Of a stretch of 64,000 nt of DNA, positions 23,146 to 32,797 are shown one piece after another (the first letter of the stretch is position 1; each line of letters begins with the position of its first letter). The position numbers were made by a program, and so were the translations under genes. This DNA is from Candidatus Latescibacterota bacterium. GTDB taxonomy: Bacteria > Latescibacterota > UBA2968 > GCA-2709665. The stretch lies in the NCBI GenBank assembly GCA_965205485.1, contig OZ242180.1, positions 2,688,001-2,752,000 on the forward strand, given 5' to 3'. A model generated the notes under the pieces. That model was not told the DNA's origin. It saw nothing but the letters and a program-made list of their open reading frames with translations, and searched no databases.

Positions 23146-24732
23146 TCACGGCGACATGCCGAAATTCCGCGCGAATAAAATGAAGTCTGAGAATGACACG
23201 GTGCGGTCTCCATCCAGATCGAACGAGGGATCGAATCCCGGCCGGCCCGCTGATTTGCCGAATCCCGCGGCGAATGCGATGAAATCCGAAAACCCCACCG
23301 TGCCGCTGGCGTCGAAGTCCGCCGCCGCCGGAACGTGGCCGTCGCGCCTTGCGAGAGAAAATGAGTAGGTCTGCGGACCCGCGGACGTGCGCGTGAAGGC
23401 CAATACGGTTGGCGACTCGCTGTACAGACCGATGCGGCGGCGCGCGCCGTGCGGGACCGGGACGGCAGCGACGTCGTGCGTGTCTTCCCGTTCGGAAACC
23501 AGCGTCACAAGCAGATCGCTGTCGCTCCTGACGTCCAGCGAGAGGCCGGGTGGTCCCGACGTACGCGGCACGACATAGTCGATGCCCCAGAGCTGGAGGG
23601 CGCCGCCAAGGTCGTCGGCGGGAACCGTGACGGTATCCCTGCTGATCGGACCCAGGGAGAGCCCGTGGTATCCCAGGCCGCCGTCGTCGTTCACGAACAC
23701 GGCGGCCGTCCAATCCGCCCAGAATTTTTCGAACCGCTCCTCGGCGCCGATATCTTCAAGAGTTCGATTGTAGCCGTCAATGCTGTTTGCCGGTTCGGCG
23801 ACCAGACGCGCTACGGCCGCATCGCCGTAACGCTGGGCGAAGTAGGTCGTCAGCAGAAAGGTCTGGTCGAACAGGAACGGCAGGCAGGCGCCCTTGGACC
23901 AGCTGGAAGCATCCGTCAGGCCGGTATTGGGCGGTACAGGCAGGTTCGAGACGGGCGATTTCAGCAGATTGGGAACGACCAGGAATTTCTGCGCAACCTC
24001 GACGGTTGCATTCTTGTAGCCGCAGGCCAGTTCGGCGTACTCAGAACAGCCCTCATCCACCCATCTGTCTTCGTCGGGATCCCCGTTCCAGTGCAGCATG
24101 TGCTGGAACTCGTGGGCAAGTGTGGCGCGCGCCAGATCGCTGTTCAGGTCCAGGGGATCGCTGTCGATATAGAGGATTTCCCTGCCGACCGGCGCCGCCT
24201 GATTGGCGGTATCGTAATAACCCACGATCGTGCCGCTCAGGATATTGTCCAGAATATCCAGCAGCACGATCACGATCCGAGGGTCGCCGTCCGCGTCGGG
24301 TGGAGGACCGAAGATTTCGGTACCGACGGAGTAAATCCCGCGGTCGGGATACCGGGGGGTTGACCGGTCGAAAGCGCGGATAAGGGACGTGAGGGCGGCC
24401 GGCGTTACGCGCGAACCGTCCCAGATAACGTCCTCCACGAAGATATAGCAGTGTTCGCCTTTCAGGCGGCAGGTCGTCGTGGTGAGGTAATACGGATCGG
24501 TACCTGGAACCGCGCCGAAATTAAAGACACGAACGGTCAGAGGGTCGCCGACGTCAAACGTCTCGGCGGCCGTTTTTTTTACCGCCGCCCCTGGCATTGG
24601 ACGCGAGGGCAGATAGGGGGTGCCGCAATGGGCATCGGGGCCGGCGAAGGCCGAGGTCTTGAGGAGCAGGCAGAACACGATCCCTGCAGAGGCAGAACAC
24701 CAAGACACCCGACTCGATACGGAAGAAGCCAA
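23146..24732 (-). CDS. Secreted M30-like metallopeptidase with dockerin-like tail
   Basis: CGT propeptide motif; HEFQHM; WVDEGCSEYA; DFDASGTVGFSDF / DLDGDRTVSFSDF. Confidence 0.8.
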   Translation of the reverse strand: MASSVSSRVSWCSASAGIVFCLLLKTSAFAGPDAHCGTPYLPSRPMPGAAVKKTAAETFDVGDPLTVRVFNFGAVPGTDPYYLTTTTCRLKGEHCYIFVEDVIWDGSRVTPAALTSLIRAFDRSTPRYPDRGIYSVGTEIFGPPPDADGDPRIVIVLLDILDNILSGTIVGYYDTANQAAPVGREILYIDSDPLDLNSDLARATLAHEFQHMLHWNGDPDEDRWVDEGCSEYAELACGYKNATVEVAQKFLVVPNLLKSPVSNLPVPPNTGLTDASSWSKGACLPFLFDQTFLLTTYFAQRYGDAAVARLVAEPANSIDGYNRTLEDIGAEERFEKFWADWTAAVFVNDDGGLGYHGLSLGPISRDTVTVPADDLGGALQLWGIDYVVPRTSGPPGLSLDVRSDSDLLVTLVSEREDTHDVAAVPVPHGARRRIGLYSESPTVLAFTRTSAGPQTYSFSLARRDGHVPAAADFDASGTVGFSDFIAFAAGFGKSAGRPGFDPSFDLDGDRTVSFSDFILFARNFGMSP

Positions 24733-24792
24733 GCTGTTTCCGCCCTTTCATGACGATCGGGGAAACTCCCAGCGCGGTTTGAGGCTCGGGTC

Positions 24793-25440
24793 TCAGAAAC
24801 CGCGCCGGATGCTCGCGTACAGACCGCCTCGAGGGTCAATCAGGAGCTTGACGCCCGTGTTCTGCGTGCGGCTTTTCCTTGCGATGGAAGCCGCGTTTAG
24901 AGCGCTGGCGAAGCGGTTGAGAATCAGGCCGCCGATGAACAGGAAAGCCTTCTGTTCAGCGGAAGTGGCCTTGCTGCGCAGATCCAGAAATTCGATCCGG
25001 GAGGCTTCCGTATCCCACTCCCAGATCCTGTCAACGGTTTCAGCCCGTAGATTGGCATGTTCACCGGCGAGAAAGCGTTCTCGCCGGTTTCGTTCGTAGA
25101 TGCTTTCGAAGTCTCCCACTTCCTTGATGAAGGACTCGGGCAAATTCCTCAGCCGAATGCCCGCGTGGGCTGCGGCATGGGCGTGGTACGCATCGACGCG
25201 ATAGGACTCGAGGAATCTGAACGTGGCCATGCCGGACCAGAGTAACCCTTCCGTAACCAGAAAGAAGCGCGCGGACCGTCGTCCGCCGGCGTAGAATTCG
25301 CCCAGTCCAGGCAGTACGAGCGATAACACTGCTGCGCCGGCCGGCGACTTGCTCCGCGCGTTTCCCGCCGACGGTACGCCGATCAGAATCAGGGACGATA
25401 CAGTGAGATTGACGAGGATCCTGGTGAATGGGTTTGCCAT
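24793..25440 (-). CDS. DUF5683-like membrane/outer-membrane protein
   Basis: KSPAGAAVLSLVLPGLGEFYAG motif. Confidence 0.65.
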   Translation of the reverse strand: MANPFTRILVNLTVSSLILIGVPSAGNARSKSPAGAAVLSLVLPGLGEFYAGGRRSARFFLVTEGLLWSGMATFRFLESYRVDAYHAHAAAHAGIRLRNLPESFIKEVGDFESIYERNRRERFLAGEHANLRAETVDRIWEWDTEASRIEFLDLRSKATSAEQKAFLFIGGLILNRFASALNAASIARKSRTQNTGVKLLIDPRGGLYASIRRGF

Positions 25441-25474
25441 AGTTTCAGTTTCGAGAAAACCCGTTTCCCGGCGT

Positions 25475-26215
25475 TCAGAACCGAACGTGGATTGCGAATC
25501 CGGTCTCGTCCGGTCGGGGCGAAATTGACAGTTGCGCGGACCGCACGCGAAGCGCGGCATGAATGGAACTCGCGATGCGATTGACAACGGTCAGGCCGAT
25601 GATTACAGAGGCGCGTTTGAGGAGTCTGTTGCTTTCGTTGCGCTGGTCTTCGTAGTCGATACGCTGATTGGAGTCGACGTCGCCGTTTCCGAACTGGAAG
25701 CCCACGTCACTCACGTCCCTCCAGCCGAATACGAACTGGTCGTACTTGCCGATCATCTCGTAGTATTGCTGGGTGTCCACCCGGTGACACCCGTCCAGGG
25801 CGCGTTTGCATGGCAGGGTCTCGGTCTCAATATATGGCGAGCCCCTGGCCCGGTTGTATTCCTGCCATTCCCGATACCGGTTTTCGTCCCAGTTCCGATC
25901 GGCAAAAGCCCGAAATTCCGCCTTGAGATCGTTGCCCTTGTTCCGCCAGCGCAGATAGTTGAACCACGTGAGCGCTTCAATCCCCAGGAAGACAGCAGCC
26001 CGCTTCGGTTCGCCCGCGTAGAGTTCGCCCAGACCGGGAACCAATAGAGACATCGTAAAGGCCAGTTTGGGCGATTTCCCGCGGGTCGGCAGTGGGTCGT
26101 CATCCAGAAGCCACGGATTCCCGATGCCGTCATCGAGACGGTCCGCGGCATGGATCGGCAGGACGGTCAGCAGGACCAGCACTGTGATCGTGAGGCGCAC
26201 GTGGAACTCCCGCAA
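25475..26215 (-). CDS. DUF5683-like protein (paralog)
   Basis: KSPKLAFTMSLLVPGLGELYAG; QQYYEMIGKYDQF. Confidence 0.65.
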   Translation of the reverse strand: MREFHVRLTITVLVLLTVLPIHAADRLDDGIGNPWLLDDDPLPTRGKSPKLAFTMSLLVPGLGELYAGEPKRAAVFLGIEALTWFNYLRWRNKGNDLKAEFRAFADRNWDENRYREWQEYNRARGSPYIETETLPCKRALDGCHRVDTQQYYEMIGKYDQFVFGWRDVSDVGFQFGNGDVDSNQRIDYEDQRNESNRLLKRASVIIGLTVVNRIASSIHAALRVRSAQLSISPRPDETGFAIHVRF

Positions 26216-26284
26216 AAAAAGCTGTCAGCGATCAGCATTCAGCCGTCAGCCAAAAGCAAAAACCAAAAAACCGTCTCCCTCGAT

Positions 26285-29200
26285 CTATCTTCCCCCGACG
26301 CTTTGAAGGTATCCGAAAAGCAGGGCGAAGTAGAATTTAAAGCCGCTTCTTTCCAATTCCTCGCCGGGGACCACGCGCGGCATTGTATCCATGCCGTAGG
26401 CGATGTCAAGGCTGGCGCGCGTCGGAAACGTGTAGAAGGAAGTCGCGTCGTAACGGATCTGGATCCCCACGTCGCGTTTCCAGCCGCGGTTCAGTACGTT
26501 GTCCATGTCGTCTCCGTCCCAGGCGCGGCCGATGCCGGCGAAGACGGACCCGAAGAGTTGGTCGGAGTATATGGGGCCGGTCTGCCGATCCATCCGCGTC
26601 CGGATGGGGAAGCGGTACGCAGCGCGAAACATGGCTGCCCTGCGCCCTTCAAGGCTATAGAAGGTATATCCTTTCATGTAGGGCAGGCCGCCCAGGAAAT
26701 AATCGAAGTAGTCATCCACTTCGCTGTCGATCAGCCCTCCATAGAATCGCAGGCCCAGGGAAGCGCGTCCGGGCCCCACCGGCAGGTATTCGCTCCAGCT
26801 CAGTGTAAACCGGTTGTAGAAGTAGCGGTCGAACGTCTCGATCAGAAGGGACGTGTCTTCTTTGAACCCGCTGATGAAAAAGTTGAACTGGCGGTCGTAG
26901 CGGATCCACATCTCCCGTCCGGCCCGGGGGTTGATTTCCCGGTCTCTGGTTCGGCTGATGTTGCGCAGGGAATACCTGAACGCGAAGTCGAATCCATGGT
27001 GCGTGGTGGCGCCCAGGCTGACTTCCCCCATGCCGTTGAAACGGGCGACGTCCTGGTCGGTGGATGACAGATTATAGATGAATCTGGCGTCCAGGCGGCT
27101 GCCCGTGCCCAGCCTGTGCCTGGCGCCGAATTCAACACCGGTGATTGTGAATGTCTGGCTGAAGATGCGGAAGTTTTCGTCACGGTTGAGAACGTCGTCT
27201 TCTTCGTGGCGCACGGCTCGATAGGCTTCCAGAAAGACCGTTGGGCGCCAGCGGCGGTATTCGTAGACCGCGAAGAGGTCCAGGTCCCTGTCACGGGCGG
27301 CCATTGCGCCCACGAGGAGGGACTGTTTGTTGAGGACGTCGTTGGATCCCGCGAAGATGCCCAGTTTCACCTTTCCCGCGTCCACGGCAACGCGCGGATA
27401 GAACGAGGTCGTTGAGAATTCGCCGCCGTAGGTCCGGCTGCCCGGGAAGGGGTCGTCCCCGACGGCGTCGGCGGTCGACCGGCCGGTCTCAGGTTGAAAG
27501 ACTCCGGTTGCGACCGGCTCCCATGCGCCTTTTCCCGACAGGGTCCGGATCTCATAGCCGTCGGCGCCGTAATGGGAGAAGGCTATACGACGGTCCATGG
27601 GATTGACATGGGGTTGCAGGGCACCGCCCAGAACGCGCGTGATGCGGTGTACGGACCCGTCTGCCAGGCTGAAATGGTAGAGATTGAAAATGCCGTCCTG
27701 ATCCGAGGAAAACACGAGGCCCGCCCCGTCGGGAGTCCAGCACGGGTCCCGGTCTGTGCCCGCGGAGGAGATGACGGTATTCAAACGCCCGCCGCCCGCG
27801 GGGACGACGGCAATATTCCGGGTGCCGTCCGGATCGAAGACCGAGCAGGCGAGCTGCGATCCGTCGGGCGACCAGCGGGGTGTATAGACCTGAGAGCCGT
27901 CGTCGAACGACGTGAGCCGGCGGACACTGCCATCCTCAACGTCCATCACAGCCAGATTTGTCGAACCGCGGCCGTTCACGACGAACGCGATCTGTCTTCC
28001 ATCGGGCGAATATGCAGGGTGGCTGGCTCGGAGACCATGGGTCAGACGACTCTGGCTGGGTGGCAGTTTCTGTGACAGGCCAAGCGTCGCTCCGGTCTTC
28101 CGGATCAGCCCGTGCCCACGCGTCACGGTAGGGTCCACCGTGTAAAGATCCCAGAACCGCGAGCCGTGCCTGTCCGGTGGACTGCGTCGCGCGAAAATCA
28201 GGCGGGGGCCGTCGGGCGACCAGTCCGGAGCGGTATCGGCGCCGCCGGCAAGCGTCTCCGAAGAACTGTCGGAGAGGGTATGTACAACCAGGGCGGTGCG
28301 CCCGAAATCGCCGCCCCGATTGGACAGGTAGGCCAGCTGCCGACCGTCAGGCGACCAGCGGGGGTGGAGGTTGAAATACCCCTTGCCGTGCAGGATTTCG
28401 CCGTCCACCAGGCGTCCCGCGAGTGCGGACCTCTGTGCCTCGTACCTTTCTTCGAGGGCGGCGACCCAACGTTGATGGAGCTCGCGTCCCGAAATGCCGA
28501 TCGCCCCCCGGACGGCTGATTCGAAGTCTGTCCGCCAGAGCGTCGCCATATTGTTATAGATCTCCGGCAATTTGCCCTCGCCGAAGGTGTTGACGATAAA
28601 CAGGGTCAGGGCATAGCCGTGGTCGTAGACTTTTTCGAGTCCCAGACCGGTTTTGGAGCCGAACACGCCCATTTCGTCGTACGTGAGGAGCCGGTTTTTC
28701 AACGTGGCCATGCGCAGAATCATGTCGCGATGGGAGTCCCAGCGGTCGAAACGGACGCCCGGCGCCATGTATTGCGCGGTGCCTTCCGCAAACCAGGGGG
28801 GTACGATTGTAAGGGGAATGGCGTAAGATGCAAAAACGTCAGGGTAACCCGTGAGAATGTCGTCACGGCGCTCTTCATTCTGGTACCCCAGATAGTGGAA
28901 GTAAACGGCAGGGAGGCGCCGCGGACCCTTGCGCGCTGTCTGCAGTGCGACGATATGTGTGAATTCGTGCGCGATCACATTCTGAAGCCAGTTCGTGTCG
29001 CCGCGCAGTTCGAACTCCAGGTTGGATGCCCAGATTTCCATGGTGTTGTGATAATAGAAGGCCACACCATTGGCGTAGTCGTCTGTGTCTTTCAGTATCA
29101 GCCGTATTTTTTCGTCGGGCGTGAAACTGTAGAACGTCGTGACCGGACCGTACACGGTTTCAGCGACCTTAGCGGCGCGGCGGGCAAAGTCCGCGAGGCC

Positions 29201-29539
29201 CTGATGGTAATATATCTTGAAATGGGAGGTCTCCAACACCTCCCAGCGCAGTTCCGGATGGTTGGCGTCGAACTGGGCGACGGCCGGCAGGGACGCCGAC
29301 AGCAGCAGGGCGAGGGAGATCCTGAGAAGCTGTTTTAAAATTACCGGTGAGTTCCCGAGCGCGAGCGAAAAAGCGGCGGTTATGAGGCGCGAGGGGCGCG
29401 CAGCGCCGACGGGAAAATCCGCCCATATTTGTCTATACGGGTGGGTTTGACCAACGCCGACCGGCGCTTTTGCAGCCGCGCAAAGACCGGTGGGAATTTT
29501 AAGACAGCTTCTTAAGATCCTTCCCGATGAGCGAACCAT
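26285..29539 (-). CDS. Peptidase-MA-like + TolB/PD40 propeller + Omp85-like beta-barrel protein
   Basis: HEFTH...WFAEG; P.WSPDG repeats; C-terminal LGG.PYMKGY barrel; in-frame MITE in the signal peptide; start 29539 (or 29581). Confidence 0.8.
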   Translation of the reverse strand: MVRSSGRILRSCLKIPTGLCAAAKAPVGVGQTHPYRQIWADFPVGAARPSRLITAAFSLALGNSPVILKQLLRISLALLLSASLPAVAQFDANHPELRWEVLETSHFKIYYHQGLADFARRAAKVAETVYGPVTTFYSFTPDEKIRLILKDTDDYANGVAFYYHNTMEIWASNLEFELRGDTNWLQNVIAHEFTHIVALQTARKGPRRLPAVYFHYLGYQNEERRDDILTGYPDVFASYAIPLTIVPPWFAEGTAQYMAPGVRFDRWDSHRDMILRMATLKNRLLTYDEMGVFGSKTGLGLEKVYDHGYALTLFIVNTFGEGKLPEIYNNMATLWRTDFESAVRGAIGISGRELHQRWVAALEERYEAQRSALAGRLVDGEILHGKGYFNLHPRWSPDGRQLAYLSNRGGDFGRTALVVHTLSDSSSETLAGGADTAPDWSPDGPRLIFARRSPPDRHGSRFWDLYTVDPTVTRGHGLIRKTGATLGLSQKLPPSQSRLTHGLRASHPAYSPDGRQIAFVVNGRGSTNLAVMDVEDGSVRRLTSFDDGSQVYTPRWSPDGSQLACSVFDPDGTRNIAVVPAGGGRLNTVISSAGTDRDPCWTPDGAGLVFSSDQDGIFNLYHFSLADGSVHRITRVLGGALQPHVNPMDRRIAFSHYGADGYEIRTLSGKGAWEPVATGVFQPETGRSTADAVGDDPFPGSRTYGGEFSTTSFYPRVAVDAGKVKLGIFAGSNDVLNKQSLLVGAMAARDRDLDLFAVYEYRRWRPTVFLEAYRAVRHEEDDVLNRDENFRIFSQTFTITGVEFGARHRLGTGSRLDARFIYNLSSTDQDVARFNGMGEVSLGATTHHGFDFAFRYSLRNISRTRDREINPRAGREMWIRYDRQFNFFISGFKEDTSLLIETFDRYFYNRFTLSWSEYLPVGPGRASLGLRFYGGLIDSEVDDYFDYFLGGLPYMKGYTFYSLEGRRAAMFRAAYRFPIRTRMDRQTGPIYSDQLFGSVFAGIGRAWDGDDMDNVLNRGWKRDVGIQIRYDATSFYTFPTRASLDIAYGMDTMPRVVPGEELERSGFKFYFALLFGYLQSVGGR
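29326..29511. mobile_element. MITE family A, full-length copy
   Basis: Terminal inverted repeats GAAGCTGTTTTAAAATT / AATTTTAAGACAGCTTC; flanked by TGA and TTA; related copies at 34127 and 40275. Confidence 0.8.
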
Positions 29540-29597
29540 CAGTCCGCTACCGCGCGCGTTCCTCCGACGTTGTATTTCCATCGCCTCCATCACAGGT

Positions 29598-32500
29598 CTA
29601 TTTGATGATCGCGGTTTTGACGAAACGGACTTCAGATCGCTCTTCCGAGATGGCTTCCACGCGGCAAACGTAGAAACCGCTGGCATACTCGACCGTATTC
29701 CAGCGGAGTTCGTTGTCCGTTCGGGGCGTTGGATTCTCCATAGTCATGCGTTCGACGATTTCTCCAAGCGCGTTGAACACGGCAACCTGTATACGGGCGC
29801 TCCTTCCCAGGAAGAACCGGATCGTCGCCGACGTCCCACGTACGGGATTGGGGTAGCAATAGACCTGGTCGGGCGGCAGCAGCAGCGACGTGGTCTCAGG
29901 CGGCGGGTCACTGGGCAGCGTAAGCAGGCGACTCGCGTTGCCGGGCCCGCCCCCCGCCTGGCTCCATACGAGATGATTTCCCGTAAAGTGGGCGTCGAAG
30001 TTCTCGACGTGCCAGAGATGCGCCGCTCCTTCCGTCGTGAAGACAACCAGTTCGAGGGTGCCGTCGCCGTCCAGGTCGTCGGTCAGGGGCGAGGCGTGCA
30101 CCGGGCCCGATACGGGAAGGGGAAAAGACGGCAGGATTGAGCCGTCTGCGCCAAGGCCGTATACCAACCCGCCCCTCGTGGCCACGAATATGTCTGGAGC
30201 TCCATCCAGATTGATGTCGGCAAGCACCGGTGGCGCGGATATCAGCCCGGCCTCATCCTTGAGCGGAAACTCCAGAGGCGTATCGGCCTGGTGAACGCCG
30301 TTGAAGCGCACCACCCATAGGCGACCCTCCCCGCCGAACAGCACCTCGATGTAGCCGTCCTCGTCGAGGTCGCCCAGCACAGGCGCGGACCCCGCGCCCC
30401 CGGGCACCGGCACGCTCTGCGCAGTCAGGATCCCCCTGGAATAGATGGATACCACACCGTCCGCGTCAAGCGTGACGATCTCATCTCCGCCATCCCGGTC
30501 GAGGTCGCCCAGTACGGGGGCTCCCACAACGGGTCGGGAGAGATCGGCCACCTGTTCGACATGTCCATCGGCTTCGGCAATGAACAGCCCGCCCTGATCC
30601 GCCAGCGCGACGAGTTCGATTTCCGGATCGTCGTCCACGTTTCCCGCCGCCAGGCCGGCGACGGGCTCCGCTCCCACTCGCGCAATGCCCGAACTCGCTC
30701 CCGCCAGGTCGCCCCAGGTGACGTCGCCGTTGGACCAACCCCAGATATCCACGTGCGCGTTGCCGAAACGGGCGACGAGGGGTGGGCAGGTGATCTCGCG
30801 CGCCGGATCTGCCGGCGAAGCGGCAGCATTGCCGCGGCTCCACAGGACCGGCGTGTGACCCCGCGCGAAGATGAAGTCATCTTCGCCGTCTCCGTTGATG
30901 TCACCTACGGCGGGGGTGAAAGACGTGAAGAACGGGAACGTGGCGCCAGGCGGGGGTATGACCGGATTCCCGGAGAGAGACAGTGGCAGGCCGTTTCCGT
31001 CCGGTGACGCCTCGACAGTGCCGCCGCTGCGCAGTATCTCCTTGACGCCGTCGCCGTTCAGATCGATCGCACGTGGGGCCTGCAGCCCGATGTCCGGCAT
31101 CCCGGTTGCGGGCCAGGCATCCTGCTGGTAATCGAAGGTGATCACCACGTCCATGGTATCGGCCGGCCGGCTGAGAATCTGAATCGTAATGCCGGTGGGA
31201 TAGTCCAGGTTGCTGTTGGTCGAGGGAACGGTATCCGGCCCGAAACGTGTGGCGTTTCCAGCGTAAAACGGATCTCGTGGGCCGCCTTCTATGGCGTCCA
31301 GGCTGATGATGCCTGCCTGAACGATGCGGTCCGCGGCGTTGTTGCCGATATCCTCCAGGCCGTCCGCCTCCTCCAGCGAAATTCCGCGCCTGTACTGCCC
31401 CGGGCTGATGAGGTAGTCCGGATTGCTGTTGACGGCCGCGCCGTCGTCGCTGGCCTGGATGACGGCGTCGTCGACATGCCAGATCAGAATGCCCGAACCG
31501 GGAATGAAGGCATCGTAGTCGTCCACGGAGAGCCACACCCGTTGTCCCGTTGTAAACTCTATGTTCGGTTTCCGCCCGTATACCGCAAGTCGGGATATAC
31601 GGTTTTCCAGAAGAAAGTATTCGGTGGCGCTGAGGGGGACCTTGATCGCGCGCGCCAGGTCGGAAGCCTCAACATGCGGCGCAACCAGCCGCACCGTGTC
31701 GTTCCGCGTGACGACCGTCGGCTCCAGCCATCCGAGGCGGATGCGGGACCACGCCAGGAGTCGGCTTGGGACGAAACCTGTGAGCAGGCTGTCGGCAGGT
31801 TCTCCCGTCAGAGGCAGAAGGTCCAGGCGGGCCGCTGAGGCTACGGCGCCCGGACCACCCGTATCCAGCGGACTCCAGTCTCCTACGGCGGGGAGTTCAT
31901 CTTCAAAATTGGACAGACCCGGCAGCCCGAGCTGGTGGGCGAAGAAACGAACAAGCGTGCCGTTCAGGCCACCCCTCCCGTCCGTACTGACGGCTTCGGG
32001 AAGCAACATGCCGTTGCGAACGACCGTCGCGCCGCCGCCTACCGCGATCGGTCCGTCCACAAAACGATCGAGATCTCTTTCGGACACGAATGCGGAAGGT
32101 ATGTCGTTGATGGCCTGCCCGCCGGCCTCAGCGCCAAGACCGGCGTGAAAGACCACGTACGCCTGGAACGCGGAGAAGTCCAGGTTCGCTCCTTCAGCGG
32201 AGTCAGCGGCCGCGATGCCGTCGTGAAAGAGCTGGGTGATTCGCTGGGCGATTTCGGCCCGGGTCCGTCCGTTGCCGTATTCCTTGAGGGGACGGTCGAT
32301 GACGTAGCTTCCATCCGCTTCCTCCGGGAACACGGTGTAGTCGATTTCAAGTTGACCGTCGGATACTTCCAGATAGTAGTTGCGCAGGGCCCGGAGGTGG
32401 GCTTCAAAGTAGAATCTGTCGTGCGGGGGTGCGTCGAAGGGGAAGGTATAGTCGTCGCGGACCGCGTCGAACGTCCTGAGGTCGAAAGCGCCGTCTCCGC

Positions 32501-32696
32501 TGGTGGTCCCGTCGTCGGGATCTTCCACTGAGAATGAGACCCGGACAGCCAGGATGCGCCAGGTTTCCGTGGCGGCATGAACGGCAGGCGGAGAAAAAAC
32601 AAGACCAAAAAAGCAAATGGCGAGAAGCAACGACAATGTCGTCCGCTTCTGCGCGATTTGCAAAACATGCTCTGGTTCAACCCGCCGCAACCACAC
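29598..32696 (-). CDS. M6 (immune inhibitor A)-like domain + FG-GAP repeats + T9SS-type C-terminal sorting domain
   Basis: ILAVRVSF, HAG, EYFLLENR, GILIWHVD; GDLDxDG repeats; YCYPNP...ASGFYVCRV..KTAIIK. Confidence 0.8.
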   Translation of the reverse strand: MWLRRVEPEHVLQIAQKRTTLSLLLAICFFGLVFSPPAVHAATETWRILAVRVSFSVEDPDDGTTSGDGAFDLRTFDAVRDDYTFPFDAPPHDRFYFEAHLRALRNYYLEVSDGQLEIDYTVFPEEADGSYVIDRPLKEYGNGRTRAEIAQRITQLFHDGIAAADSAEGANLDFSAFQAYVVFHAGLGAEAGGQAINDIPSAFVSERDLDRFVDGPIAVGGGATVVRNGMLLPEAVSTDGRGGLNGTLVRFFAHQLGLPGLSNFEDELPAVGDWSPLDTGGPGAVASAARLDLLPLTGEPADSLLTGFVPSRLLAWSRIRLGWLEPTVVTRNDTVRLVAPHVEASDLARAIKVPLSATEYFLLENRISRLAVYGRKPNIEFTTGQRVWLSVDDYDAFIPGSGILIWHVDDAVIQASDDGAAVNSNPDYLISPGQYRRGISLEEADGLEDIGNNAADRIVQAGIISLDAIEGGPRDPFYAGNATRFGPDTVPSTNSNLDYPTGITIQILSRPADTMDVVITFDYQQDAWPATGMPDIGLQAPRAIDLNGDGVKEILRSGGTVEASPDGNGLPLSLSGNPVIPPPGATFPFFTSFTPAVGDINGDGEDDFIFARGHTPVLWSRGNAAASPADPAREITCPPLVARFGNAHVDIWGWSNGDVTWGDLAGASSGIARVGAEPVAGLAAGNVDDDPEIELVALADQGGLFIAEADGHVEQVADLSRPVVGAPVLGDLDRDGGDEIVTLDADGVVSIYSRGILTAQSVPVPGGAGSAPVLGDLDEDGYIEVLFGGEGRLWVVRFNGVHQADTPLEFPLKDEAGLISAPPVLADINLDGAPDIFVATRGGLVYGLGADGSILPSFPLPVSGPVHASPLTDDLDGDGTLELVVFTTEGAAHLWHVENFDAHFTGNHLVWSQAGGGPGNASRLLTLPSDPPPETTSLLLPPDQVYCYPNPVRGTSATIRFFLGRSARIQVAVFNALGEIVERMTMENPTPRTDNELRWNTVEYASGFYVCRVEAISEERSEVRFVKTAIIK

Positions 32697-32765
32697 GATG
32701 GTTATCGACCCTGTGAGATGTCACGCGAGAAATCGCAGAAGGAAACGCCGCCTCATTGATACAGC

Positions 32766-32797
32766 AGCCCGGATGGGCTTTTTCAACGGGCTGTTAG
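32766..32797. mobile_element. MITE family B end fragment
   Basis: GCCCGGATGGGCTTTTTCAACGG shared with the copy near 34903-34928; abuts the porV stop codon. Confidence 0.5.
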
